A stretch of DNA of 64,000 bases. It comes from Squalus acanthias (lineage: Eukaryota). Position 1 is the stretch's first letter. Every line of letters starts with the position of its first letter. A model generated the notes under the pieces. That model worked only from the letters and a program-made list of their open reading frames with translations, was not told where the DNA came from and did no database searches. This document shows, piece after piece, positions 25,200-36,810 of the stretch. The translations under genes and the position numbers were made by a program. The stretch is taken from positions 170,068,001-170,132,000 of the forward strand of contig CM059425.1 of NCBI GenBank assembly GCA_030390025.1, in the 5' to 3' direction.

Positions 25200-25665
25200 T
25201 ATAGAATCATATAATTTTACAATACAGAGTCTATTGAACCCACCGTGCCTGTCCCGACTCTGAAAAAACTGTCTACTTAGTCCTCTTCCCTTCCATTCCT
25301 CCCTATAACCTTTATTTTTATTCTTTTTCAAATATGTTTCCATTTCCCTTTTAAAAGCTATTGTGGATTCTGCTTCCACCTCTGTTCTTGGCAGGACATT
25401 CCTTGTCCTAACGACTGTCTGCATAATAAAAATATTTCTTCTAATATATCCTTTTGTTCTTTTGGTGATGATCTTAAATTTATGCCCTCTCGGAACTGAC
25501 TCATTGACCAGTGAAAGTAATTTTTCCTGATTTACGTTAACAAAATCTTTCATAATTGTGAACAGCTCTATCAGATCTCCTCTTAACTTTCTGTTTTATT
25601 GAAAATAGCCCCAGTTTCTCTAGTTTCATCTCATAACTAAAGCCCACTCATCCCTGGTATTAGAA
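25200..25665 (-). mobile_element. Old CR1 LINE 3' fragment
   Basis: RGHKFKII..RRNIF motif; ATAGAATC tail. Confidence 0.7.
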
Positions 25666-25856
25666 TGTATTCTGTATGCTCACCACAACCTTAACATTTC
25701 ATTCATTCCAGCTGTGGAGTGTATGAAATTGTAGCAAAATAGCAGAACAAAGTGTCAGAGGAGCCCAATTCACTAACCAGGACAGGAAGGTTCTGTTGAA
25801 CTACTTTTCTGAAAAATGTGAGGTCCTTTCTGGGTTGTCAATTTGTTAAAGTTATA

Positions 25857-26629
25857 GGCCCATAATTTGCGGTCAACGGTGAAGCAAAGGCACTCGCCGC
25901 TGGCCCCAAAGAAAGCTGCCCACAGAGATCTTGCGATTTCTGTGGCGAGAATTTTGCCTTTTTTGACGTTCAATTGATTGCAGCGCTCTTTCATGGGGAT
26001 TCCCAGCGAAGAGCTGCTGTGACATCAACAAGCTGTCAAAGCAACATATCACACTGAAGAATTCTCACAGAGAGCAAAGGAGGAAATGAGAAGCTGCTTT
26101 TATCCGGACTTTTTAAAAGTGCTACAGACAGGGACTTTCACATGGGGATAAGTTGAAATATCATGAACAAACTTTTAAAAACTTTTTTTTTAACTTGTAA
26201 TTTTTATCATAATGGAGAAATTTGACACTCCACAAATATAAAAATTAGTTTTTCAGGGCAAAAATGTTTGTTTAGCAGTCAATACACTGTTAAAACCCCA
26301 GTTACACCTATCCAACAAGACAAAACATTTAATGGGGCATTTAATGACCATACTAGTGCGGAAAAGCCCAAGTTTTAATCAGTTTCACTGATTTGACTAA
26401 CTACATTCATTGCCAGCTGGGGGGGGGGGTGGGTGGTGGGGTGGGGGGGGGGGGGGGGGTGCTGTCCACAATGCAGCCTGTGTTGGAGCAGTGAATGACT
26501 GACCGCAACTTCAGGATTTCTGCATTTAGATTCGTACGCACTAAATCCTGAAGGTGCGGTCACTTTCAGAGGAGTAATGGCGGTGAACACTGACAGTTCA
26601 CCGTCATTACCCACCGCAAGATCGGGGCC
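25857..26629. mobile_element. Non-autonomous DNA transposon (Harbinger-like TIRs) with an internal G-rich tract
   Basis: GGCCCATAATTTGCGGT / ACCGCAAGATCGGGGCC; related inverted copy at ~52900-53310; TSD not clean. Confidence 0.6.
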
Positions 26630-28169
26630 AATATGTAAAGGAAAGTCTGCCCCTCGAAATATAAACCCTCTTCCACCCAACATGGCGAGCTGCTTAATTA
26701 TGTGAGAAAACAGAGTTTAAGACTGAAAACTTCACACTGCATTTTGTGGGATTTGAATACAGACACTTCAGAATAATTTTAGGAAAAGTATTTCCGTTGC
26801 AGAAAATGTAACAATTACATGGAATAAATCTATAAGTATAATTTTCCACACTTTTCTCTCAAAATTTCTCTTTGTGAAATGATTAGCTTTTTTTCTGCAA
26901 GTGAATTTAGATTTAAATGCGCAACTTTTCAAGTATTTGCAGCAATCCTTTATCCATGGCAGTGGATAGGAGTGCAGACTTTTCCAAAAACTACATCCAT
27001 AGAGTGACTCCACCACAGCTCACAACACGAGACCAAAATCTACTCGATCAACCTCAAACTTAAAGCAGCTACCCAGTCAGTCAGTTACCCAGAAGCAGAC
27101 GTGCATGTTTACATGGGTTGCATTTGTTGCGAGGAGGTCAAGCTCCACAAAACCTCATGAAATTTATCAATGTCTTCTATAATCAAGGTAATACACACTC
27201 GGGAATGTTATAGGATCCTTCTGACATTTTGGACTCCGTACAGTAAATGCAGCCCTCAACAGTCGAACAGGCCTAACCTTTAATGACATAAAGAAGTGTG
27301 AGGGGAGACTTCCTCTGTTCAGCCTATGTAGCAAAATTATAATAGCATTCTTTTAACTTGTCTTTAAAATTTACTGAGTAGGGAACAGAAGAAATTTCCT
27401 TCCATTGTGGGAAATGTTGCCCAAAAATAATCAATGCTAATCAAAGGCAGATTTATTTGTTAATCTGAGACAATATTTACACCCTGGTGACAAAAGAGTG
27501 GGATGAATATATAAGTTACAGCTGGGCTGGTGAGCTTCTGTGCCATACTCTTCCAGACAAGTTTCAGGTGGCTCCATAATTTGAATATAATTCTGTTATT
27601 TAAGGTACTCTGTCATCTAAACGTCAATTCTTGTTAGATGCTAATAAAAATAAACAGATAGTATAAGAGGCAAAATAGTCTCCAGTCTGTATATATGAAT
27701 CAGGTATACAGTTTCAGGCCTGTCCAAAATCAGTCAAGTTGAATCAAGATAACCACAAGTCACCATGACCTGTGAAAAACAATCCAATTTATATTTACCA
27801 AAGAGTTGGCTTAAAGAACTCTGGGAATGAAAATTGGGCAGTATTTATAACAGGCAAGCTGAAAATCTACCTCTCTGTCTTTCCCAGGGAGTTACACTAT
27901 TTCAACCCCACAAATTTCAGAACATGTTTGTAAGCTCAGTACAAAAACATGAATCCTTTTAAAACTTACTTCGTTTTTCAAGTTTTCAGCTACTTTTCAA
28001 TTTTTTCCCTTCTTGTACCCCATGTGTCTCCAGATCTGTAGTAATTCTCCTCAACCTGGCTGAGCTGGCTCACCTCAGGGGACACTCATCACGTCTTTCC
28101 TAGTATGGCTGCAGTGATAAGCAATGATTATTCGTGCTGTGTTGTATCAAACAAGATCAGAAGCTCAGT

Positions 28170-28440
28170 CACATGGAATTTTTTCAAGAGCAGCAACATC
28201 ATGGGAACACCATCATCTCTGAGTCACATGCCATCCTGACTTAAACATATATCACGCTTCCTTTATTGTCACTGGGTCAGTATCCTGGAATTCACTACCT
28301 ATCACCATCACGAGAGCCCGATCAGCACAAGGACTGCAGTGAATCAAGAAGCACGTAACTACCACTTTCTATGGGGAAATAGAGATGGGCAAATAAATGT
28401 GGTCCTGCCAGAGCCACCCACAGCCAGAGAACAAATAAAA
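28170..28440 (+). mobile_element. Old family-B LINE 3' end
   Basis: Similar to 34450-34716; GATGGGCAAATAAATG tail. Confidence 0.65.
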
Positions 28441-29476
28441 CAAGCATGCAGAATAGGGCTGGCACATCTAGTTCCAGTCATGGTCAGCTGTGGCCTGAAA
28501 TTTGGCTTCACCTACTTGTAGGCTTGCTGCAAAGCTGACCTATGAAATGGTCCTGTGTAGAGGCACAGAGGGCCATCGCACCTCACAAGCAACAACACCC
28601 CTACTCATGCAGCAATACCCCTACTTCAGCAGCCAACAAACGGGAGTTGGTTGCTCCGCTATTCTGTCACTTGCTTGCAGACTCAAACCTGTACCTTAGG
28701 TATCCTTTTTCTTCATTTTTGCCAGTGACTTTAGCCTTGCAAAGGCTATGAATAGGTTAGCAATGTCTTTTGAGTCTTTCAATTTTGTTACCTTTTGTGA
28801 CACTTCCTTTTAATTGTCTCATCCCTTTACTTTCATGCAATTTTCTGCTCCCACCTGCTCCAGGTGCAGATATGCATGTGATCCCTGCCCATGAAAAAGC
28901 TGCTGCTGACTTATAATAATGAGCTGACCTTAGAAATTGGGCACTGATGGCACATTTCCACTAATGTCTGCAAAACTGCTCCCAGTTGGAAAATTTGTGT
29001 TGAGGAGTTTAACCAGCCCACTACTGAGATTGGTAACTAAGAAATATAGTCTAAAGAAAGACACTGTAGACTGGATTCCCCAATTCATCACAGAAATGAA
29101 GCTGGCAGACCAATGTTTGTGTACTAAAGATGACACTTTCTCTGGGGACAGCCTAATAGACACAACTTTCAGTGAGTTTTGAGAATGATTCAAGTGCTCT
29201 TAGTAACAATATATACCCTAGCAGCTATGACCTAGCATTCTCTCCAGTTAAAACTGGAGAAGAGAAGAATTTTCCATATATGCACCTCATTGTGCACAAT
29301 GAAGTAGTGGACATAAGCACAAAATTAGCAATACAGTCTGCTCTCTGCCTTCATAGGACATTGCAACTTAAACGCGCAGAGAAAAATGGGAGGCCAGAAT
29401 ATCATTCAAAATTTAGATGCCAGCAAAATACATCTGTCTTGTAATAATGTCTCCTTAAAATAACATGCACTACAAA

Positions 29477-29820
29477 ATCATAGAATCATAGAATGGTTAC
29501 AGCAGAGAAGGAGGCCATTCGGCCCGTCGAGCCCATGCTGGCTCACTGCAAGAGCACTTCAGCTAGTCCCACTCCCCCGCCCTTTCCCCGTAGTCCTGCA
29601 AATTTTTTTCCTCCAATTCCCTTTTGAAAGCCATGATTGAATCTGTCTCCACCACCCTTTCAGGCAGTGCATTCCAGATCCTAACCACTTGCTGCGTAAA
29701 AAAGTTTTCCCCTCTTGTCGCCTTTGGTTCTCCTGCCAATCACCTTAAATCTGTGTCCTCTGGTTCTCGACCCTTCCAGCAATTGGAACAGTTTCTCTCA
29801 ATCTACTCTGTCTAGACCAT
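29477..29820 (-). mobile_element. CR1 LINE 3' end
   Basis: (ATCATAGA)n tail; ORF2 C-terminal motifs on minus strand. Confidence 0.8.
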
Positions 29821-31399
29821 CCAAGGCAAATGGAGCATGCAAACCTTCATTGAAGCACCAACAAGTGATAGGTGAAGTAGTGGAATGTGTGTTTATTTCC
29901 CTCCCCATTCCATTAAGTTCTGCATCTCAGCTGTGTTGATGTTAGGAAGAAATATTAGGGCCAAAGGCATTCATGGCCTACTCCTGTGCACCTCATAACA
30001 GCCAGTTCAAAGCAGTATTGATGAATGCCTGAGAGATGGTGCCCTCCCCAATCCTCTTTTTAAAAATTCATTTATGGGATGTGGGCATCGCTGGCAAGGC
30101 CAGCATTTATTGCCCATCCCTAAGGTGGTGGTGAGCCGCCTTCTTGAACCGCTGCAGTCTGTGTGATGAAGGTACTCCCACAGTGCTGTTAGGTAGGGAG
30201 TTCCAGGATTTTGACCCAGCGACGATGAAGGATCGGCGATATAATTCTAAGTCAGGATGGTGTGTGATTTGGAGGGGAACTTGGAGGTGGTGGTGTTCCC
30301 ATGCGCCTGCTGCCCTTGTCCTTCTAGGTGGAAGAGGTCGTGGGTTTGGTAGGTGTTGCCGAAGAAGCCTTGGCGAGTTGCTGCAGTGCATCTTGTAGAT
30401 GGTACACACTGCAGCCACGGTACGCCGGTGGTGGAGGGAGTGAATGTTTAAGGTGGTGGATGGGGTGCCAATCAATTGGGCTGCATTGTCCTGGATGGTG
30501 TTGAGCTTCTTGAGTGTTGTTGGAGCTGCACTCATCCAGGCAAGTGGAGAGTATTCCATCACACTCCTTACTTGTGCCTTGTAGATGGTGAAAAGGCTTT
30601 GGGGAGTCAGGAGGTGAGACACTCGCCGCAGAATACCTAGCCTCTGACCTGCTCTTGTTGCCACAGTATTTATGTGGCTGGTCCAGTTACGTTTCTGGTC
30701 AATGGTGACCCCCAGGATGTTGATGGTGGGGGATTCGGTGAGGGAAATATCATTGAATGTCAAGGGGAGGTGGTTAGACTCTCACTTGTTGGAGATAGTC
30801 ATTGCCTGGCACTTCTGTGGCACGAATGTTCCCTGCCACTTATCAGCCCAAGCCTGAATGTCGTCCAGGTCTTGCTGCATGTGAGCCTGGACTGCTTCAT
30901 TATCTGAGGAGTTGTGAAAGGCGCTGAACACTGTGCAGTCATCAGCGAACATCCTCATTTCTGACCTTATGTTGGAGGGAAGTCATTGATGAAGCAGCTG
31001 AAGATGGTTGGGCCTAGGACACTGCCCTGAGGAACTCCTACAGCGATGTCCTGAGGCTGCGATGATTGACCTTCAACCACCACAACCATCTTCCATTGTG
31101 CTAGGTCTGACTCCAGCCAGTGGAGCATTTTCCCCCCGATTCCCATTGACTTTAGTTTTACTAGGGCTCCTTGATGCCACACTCGGTAAAATGCTGTCTT
31201 GATGTCAAGGGCAGTCACTCTCTGGAAAATGGAATATGAGCACAAACTAGCGAAAAATATAAAAATGGATTGTGAAAGCTTCTATAGGTATGTGAAAAGG
31301 AAAAGACTGGCGAAGGTAAATGCAGGTCCTTTACAATCAGAGATGGAAAAATTTAAAATGGGGAATGAGGAAATGGCAGAGAAATTAAATAAATACTTT

Positions 31400-32490
31400 G
31401 TGCTGGATTTTCAATGACCCGTGGAGTCGGGTTTGGAGGCGTGTGGGGGGTTAAAGTTGCAGATTCGGGGGTCCCGACCCCATCCCGCCTCCAACCCGCC
31501 TCCACGCAATTTTGATAAAAATGTGTGCGGTGTTCCCGACTCCGTCCCACCTCCAAGAGGCGGGAGAGGCCATTAAAGCCCTTAACAAGCCCTAAATTGG
31601 CTCTGTAATGCCATTTTGAAATGTTTTAGCTAGTTTAACCCTTTTCTGATGTGAAGCATGCCTGATGTGAAACACGCCAGTGAAACCTGGTGGGAGCACA
31701 AGTGGATAGCTGACTATCAGCTGCAGGTGCACTATTACAACGGAGATGTGATGAAGGTAGTAGTAGTATTAGGTCTGAAAGTCGCCTCTGATGCTGCGGC
31801 ATTGAATGTCTTCAGAGACTGCCGGGGCCTTTGGAGGACCTGGATGGAAAAAAAAATTCTCTCTCTCTCTCTCTCTGAGATGCTGCTCATTTTGCATCCA
31901 GGTCCTCTCACAGCAAAGGCCAGGCAATCTCTGAGACCAGGCAGTCTCTGACCTCCAATGATGAGGGCAACACGGTGGCATAGTGGGCAACACGGTGGCA
32001 TAGTGGTTAGCACTGTTGCCTCACAGCGCCAGGGACCCGGGTTCGAATCCGGCCTCGGTTGACTGTCTGTGTGGAGTTTGCACATTCTCCCCGTGTCTGC
32101 GTGGGTTTCCTCCGGGTGCTCCGGTTTCCTCCCACAGTCCAAAGATGTGCGGGTTAGGTTGATTTGGCTATGATAAATTGACCCTTAGTGTTAGGGGGGG
32201 ATTAAATACGTGGGGTTATGGGGATAGGGTGGGATATGTGTCGGTGCAGGCTCGATGGGCCGAAATGGCCTCTATCTGCACTGTGGGGATTCTGTGATTC
32301 TGTGATGACATCATCAGAGGTGACTTTCAGACTGAAACCACTAATTGGTTCATGGGTTCCCACATGCTGGAACTCAATTGCCCAATTAAGTGAAAATTGC
32401 ATCAATCTCCCACATCCAATTGCAGGCGGGTGGATAACACGAAATACGGATGACACAACCCCAACCTGCCCCAGTATCAAAATCCAGCCC
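31400..32490. mobile_element. Non-autonomous Harbinger element
   Basis: TIRs GTGCTGGATTTT / AAAATCCAGCCC; TSD TTT. Confidence 0.85.
31965..32305 (+). mobile_element. HE1-type V-SINE, full length, first ~21 bp duplicated
   Basis: A/B boxes, V-core, (ATTCTGTG)n tail. Confidence 0.9.
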
Positions 32491-34135
32491 TTTGTTTCTG
32501 TCTTCACGGAGGAAGACACAAAAAACCTCCCAGAAATACGAGGAAACCAAGGGTGTGGCGAGAATGAGGAACGTAAAGAAATTATTATTAGTAAAAAAAC
32601 AGTTCTAGCAAAATTAATGGGACTAAAAGTCGATAAATCCCAAGGACTGGATGACCTACATCCTAGGGTTTTGAAAGAGGTGGTGATTGGGATAGTGGAC
32701 GCATTGGTTGTCATCTTCCAAAATTCTATAGATTCTGGAACGGTTCCTGCAGATTGGAGGATAGCAAATGTAACCCTGCTATTTAAGAAAGGAGGGAGAG
32801 AGAAAATGGGGAACTACAGACCTGTTAGCCTCACATCAGTAGTTGGGAAAATGCTGGAATCTATTATAAAGGATGCAATAACTGGGCACCTAGAAACTAA
32901 TAGTGAGATTGGGCAGAGCCAACATGGATTTATGAAAGGGAACTCCTGTTTAACAAAGTTATTGGAGTTCTTTGAGGATGTAACTAGTGGAGTAGACAAA
33001 GGAGAACCGGTAGATGTGGTGTATTTGGATTTTCAGAAGCCTTCAATAAGGTCCCACACAAGAGGCTTGTGAACAAAATTAGGGCACATGGAATTGGGGG
33101 TAATATACTAGCATGGTTTGAGAATTGGTTAACAGACAGAAAACAAAGAGTCGGGATAAACGGGTCTTTTTCAGGATGGCAGGCTGTGACTAGTGGGGTA
33201 CCGCAAGGATCGGTGCTTGGGCCCCAGCTATTCACAATCTATATCAATGACTTGGATGAGGGGACTAAATGTAACATTTCCAAATTTGCTGATGATACAA
33301 AGCTAGGTGGCAGTGTCAGTTGTGAAGAGGATGTGAAGAGGCTTCAAGGGGATCTCGACAGGCTCAGTGAGTGGGCAAGAACATGGCAGATGGAATATAA
33401 TGTGGATAAATGTGAAGTTATCCACTTTGGTAGAAAAAACAGAAAGGCAGAGTATTTCCTAAATGGTGAAAGATTGGGGAATGCAGATGCTCAAAGGGAC
33501 CTGGTTGTCCTTGTACATGAGTCACTGAAAGTGAATGTGCAGGTGCAGCAAGCCATTAGGAAGGCAAATGGCATGCTGGCCTTCATTACAAGAGGATTTG
33601 AGTACAGGTGTAAAGAAGTCTTGCTCCATTTATATAGGCCCTTGGTGAAACCACACCTGGAATACTGTGTACAATTTTGGTCTCCTTACCTAAGGAAGGA
33701 TATACTTGCCATAGAGGGAGTGCAACGAAGGTTCACGAGATTGATTCCTGGGATGGCGGGACTGTCGTATGAGAAGAGATTGAGTAAACTAGGCCTGTAT
33801 TCTCTTGAATTCAGAAGAATGAGAGGGGATCTCATTGAAGCATACAAAATTATTACAGGACTTGATAGGGTGGATGCTGGGAGAATGTTTCCCTTGGCTG
33901 GGGAGTCTAGAACCAGGGGCCACAGCCTCAGGATAAAGGGTAGGCCATTCAGGACTGAGATGAGAAGAAATTTCTTCACACAGAGGGTGGTGAATCGTTG
34001 AAATTCTCTACCCCAGAGGGCTATGGAGGCTCAGTCACTGGGTATATTCAAAACAGAAGTCGATAGATTTCTGACTAGTAAGGGCTTCAAGGGATATGGC
34101 GATAGGGCCGGTGAATGGAGTTCAGGCAGAAGATC

Positions 34136-34716
34136 CGCCCTCTCATCTCCTGACTCCCCAAAGCCTTTCCACCATCTACACGGTTACAATTAAGGAGTGT
34201 GATGGAATACGCTCCACTTGCCTGGATGAGTGCAGCTCCATCAACACTCAAGAAGCTCGACACCATCCAGGACAAAGCAGCCCGCTTGATTGGCACCCCA
34301 TCCACCACCTTAAACATTCACTCCCTCCACAACCGGCGTACCGTGGCTGCAGTGTGTACCATCTACAAGATGCACTGCAGCAACTCACCAAGGCTTCTTT
34401 GGCAGCACCTCCCAAACCTGCGATCTCTTCCACCTAGAAGGACAAGGGCAGCAGGCCCATGGGAACACCACCACCTCCAAGTTCCCCTCCAAGTCACACA
34501 CCATCCTGACTTAGAATTATATTGCCGATCCTTCATCGTCGCTGGGTCAAAATCCTGGAACTCCCTACCTAACAGCACTGTGGGAGTACCTTCACCACAC
34601 AGACTGCAGCGGTTCAAGAAGGCGGCTCACCACCACCTTTTCAAGGGCAACTAAGGATGGGCAATAAATGCTGGCCTTTCCAGCGACGCCTAGATCCCAT
34701 AAACGAATAAAAAAAA
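34136..34716 (+). mobile_element. Family-B LINE 3' fragment inserted in HER1 3' UTR
   Basis: ORF 34199-34654; GGGCAATAAATGCTGGCC...A-rich tail. Confidence 0.88.
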
Positions 34717-36719
34717 TGTTATCTAATTGAATTGCCTACTCCTGCTCCAATTTCTTATGTTCTCTCACCTCACCTCTGGAATTCAGCTCCTTTGTCCATG
34801 TTTGGACCAAGGCTGTAATGACCTCGGGAGCCAAGTGGTCTTGGTGGAACCCAATCTGGGCATCAGTGAACAGGTGCCACTTGATAGCTCTTTCGATGAC
34901 ACCTTCCATCACTTTGCTGATGATTGAGAGTAGACTGATGGGAAGGTAATTGGCCGGGTAGGATTTGTCCTGCTTTTTGTGGACAGGACATACCTGGGCA
35001 GTTTTCCACATTGTCGGATACATACCAGTGTAGTAGCTGTACTGGAACAGCTTGGCTAGAGGCACAGCTAGCTCTGGAGCACAAGTCTTCAGCACGATAG
35101 CCGGGATGTTGTCAGGGCCCATAGCCTTTGCTGTATCCAGTGCGCTCAGCCATTTCTTGATATCACGTGGAGTGAATCGAATTGGCTGAAGACTGGCACC
35201 TGTGATAGTGGGGACCTCAGGAGTAGGCTGATATGGATCATCCACTTGGCACTCCTGGCTGAAGATGGTTGCAAATGCTTCAGCCTTGTCTTTTGCTCTC
35301 ACATGCTGGGCTCCACCAGCTTTGAGGATGGGGATATTCATGGAGCCTCCTCCTCCCGTTAGTTGTTTAATGGTCCACCACCATTCACGACTGGCTGTGG
35401 CAGGACTTTGATCTGATCCGTTGATTGTGAGATTGCTTAACCCTTAGCATGCTGCTTCTGCTTTTTAGCATGCATGTAGTCCTGTGTTGCAGCTTCCCCA
35501 GGTTGGCACCTCATTTTTAGGTATGCCTGGTGCTGCTCCTGGCATGCTCTTCTACACTCCTTATTGTATCAGGGTTGGTCTCCTGGCAATGGTAGAGTGA
35601 GGGATATGCCAGGCCATGAGGTTACAGATTGTGGTGGAATACGATTATGCTGCTGCCCCACAGCACCTCAAGGATGCCCAGTTTTGAGCTGCTAGATCTG
35701 TTCTGAATCTATTCCATTTAGCACAGTGGTAGTGCCACACTACACGATGGAGGGTGTCCTCAGTGTGAGGACAGGACTTCATCTCCACAATGACTATGCG
35801 GTGGTCACTGCTACCAATACTGTCATGGACAGATGGATTGGTGAGGGTGAGGTCAAGTAGGTTTTTCCCTTGTGTTGGTTCTCTCGCCACCTGTCATAGG
35901 CCCAGACTGGCAGCTATGTCCTTCAGGACTCGGCCAGTAGTGGTGCTACCAAGCCACTCTTGGTGATGGACATTGAAGTCCTCCACCCAGAGTACATTCT
36001 GTGCCCTTGCTACTCTCAGTGCTTCTTCAACATGGAGGAGTACTGATTCATTAGCTGAGGGAGGGCGGTAGGTGGTAATCAGCAGGAGGTTTGCTTGCCC
36101 ATGCTTGACCTGAAGCCATGAGACTTCATAAGGTCCAGAGTCAATGTTAAGGACTCCTAGGGCCACTCCTTCCCCACTGTGTACCACTGTGCCGTCACCC
36201 CTGGTGGGTCTGTCCTGCCAGTGGGACAGGACATACACAGGGATGGTGATGGAGGAGTTTGGGACTTTGGCTGAAAGGTATGATTCTATGAGTATGACTA
36301 TGTCAGACTGTTGCTTGACTAGTCTGTGGGACTGCTCTCCCAATTTTGGCACAACTCTCCAGATGTTGGTGAGGAGGACTTTGCAGGGTTGACTGGGCTG
36401 GGTGTGCCGTTGCCAGTGCCGAGGTCGATGCCGGGTGGTCCGTCCAGTTTCATTCTTACTATTTTGTTTCGTAGCGGTTAGTTACAACTGAGTGATTTGC
36501 TCAGCCATTTCAGCGGGCAGTTAAGAGTCAACCACATTGCTGTGGGTCTGGTGTCACACATAGGCTAGACCAGGTAAGGACGGCAGATTTCCTTCCACTA
36601 AAGGACATTAGTGAACCAGATGGGTTTTTACGACAATCCGATAGTTTCATGGTTACCATTACTGATACTAGTAATTATTCCAGATTTATTTAATTAACTG
36701 AATTTAAATTCCCAGCTGC

Positions 36720-36810
36720 CGTGGTGGGATTTGAACTCACATCTCTGAGATCAATAGTCTAGGTCTCTGGATTATTAGCCCAGTGACATTACCACTACAC
36801 TACCGTTCCC
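36720..36810 (-). promoter_or_regulatory. tRNA-derived internal Pol III-type promoter head of the family-B LINE
   Basis: Minus strand GGGAACGG-TAGTGTAGTGG (A box) ... GAGTTCAAATCC (B box) CACCAC. Confidence 0.75.

Larger units (their letters stand above)
31223..34760 (+). mobile_element. CR1/HER1 LINE, 5'-truncated, with nested Harbinger, SINE and family-B fragment
   Basis: ORFs 32218-33072 (part) and 33069-34001; tail remnant 34735-34760; CTCTC at both junctions. Confidence 0.9.
30056..36810 (-). mobile_element. Near full-length family-B LINE (tRNA-like head, APE-RT, 3' tail) split by a 3.5 kb HER1 insertion
   Basis: RT reads ..SRGEVR at ~34763 and resumes VTALDIK at ~31222; APE 35645-36380; RT 34736-35341, 30967-31222, 30107-30763; tail GGGCAATAAATGCTGGCC. 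Confidence 0.88.

Noticed and set aside
26418..26460. Functional G-quadruplex element
   Set aside because: Low-complexity G tract inside a MITE with no other support
27970..28035. Minus-strand coding exon with GTAAGT donor
   Set aside because: All three frames contain stops
28930..29444. Host coding exon from overlapping ORFs
   Set aside because: No recognisable protein; the open minus frame stops just before the candidate donor
32218..33072. 284 aa ORF with a novel N-terminus
   Set aside because: SINE tail and Harbinger end fortuitously in frame with HER1 ORF2; same applies to 17508-18101
34136..36810. Twin-priming inversion of one family-B LINE
   Set aside because: The minus-strand 5' half continues at 31222-30056; the plus fragment is a separate nested insertion
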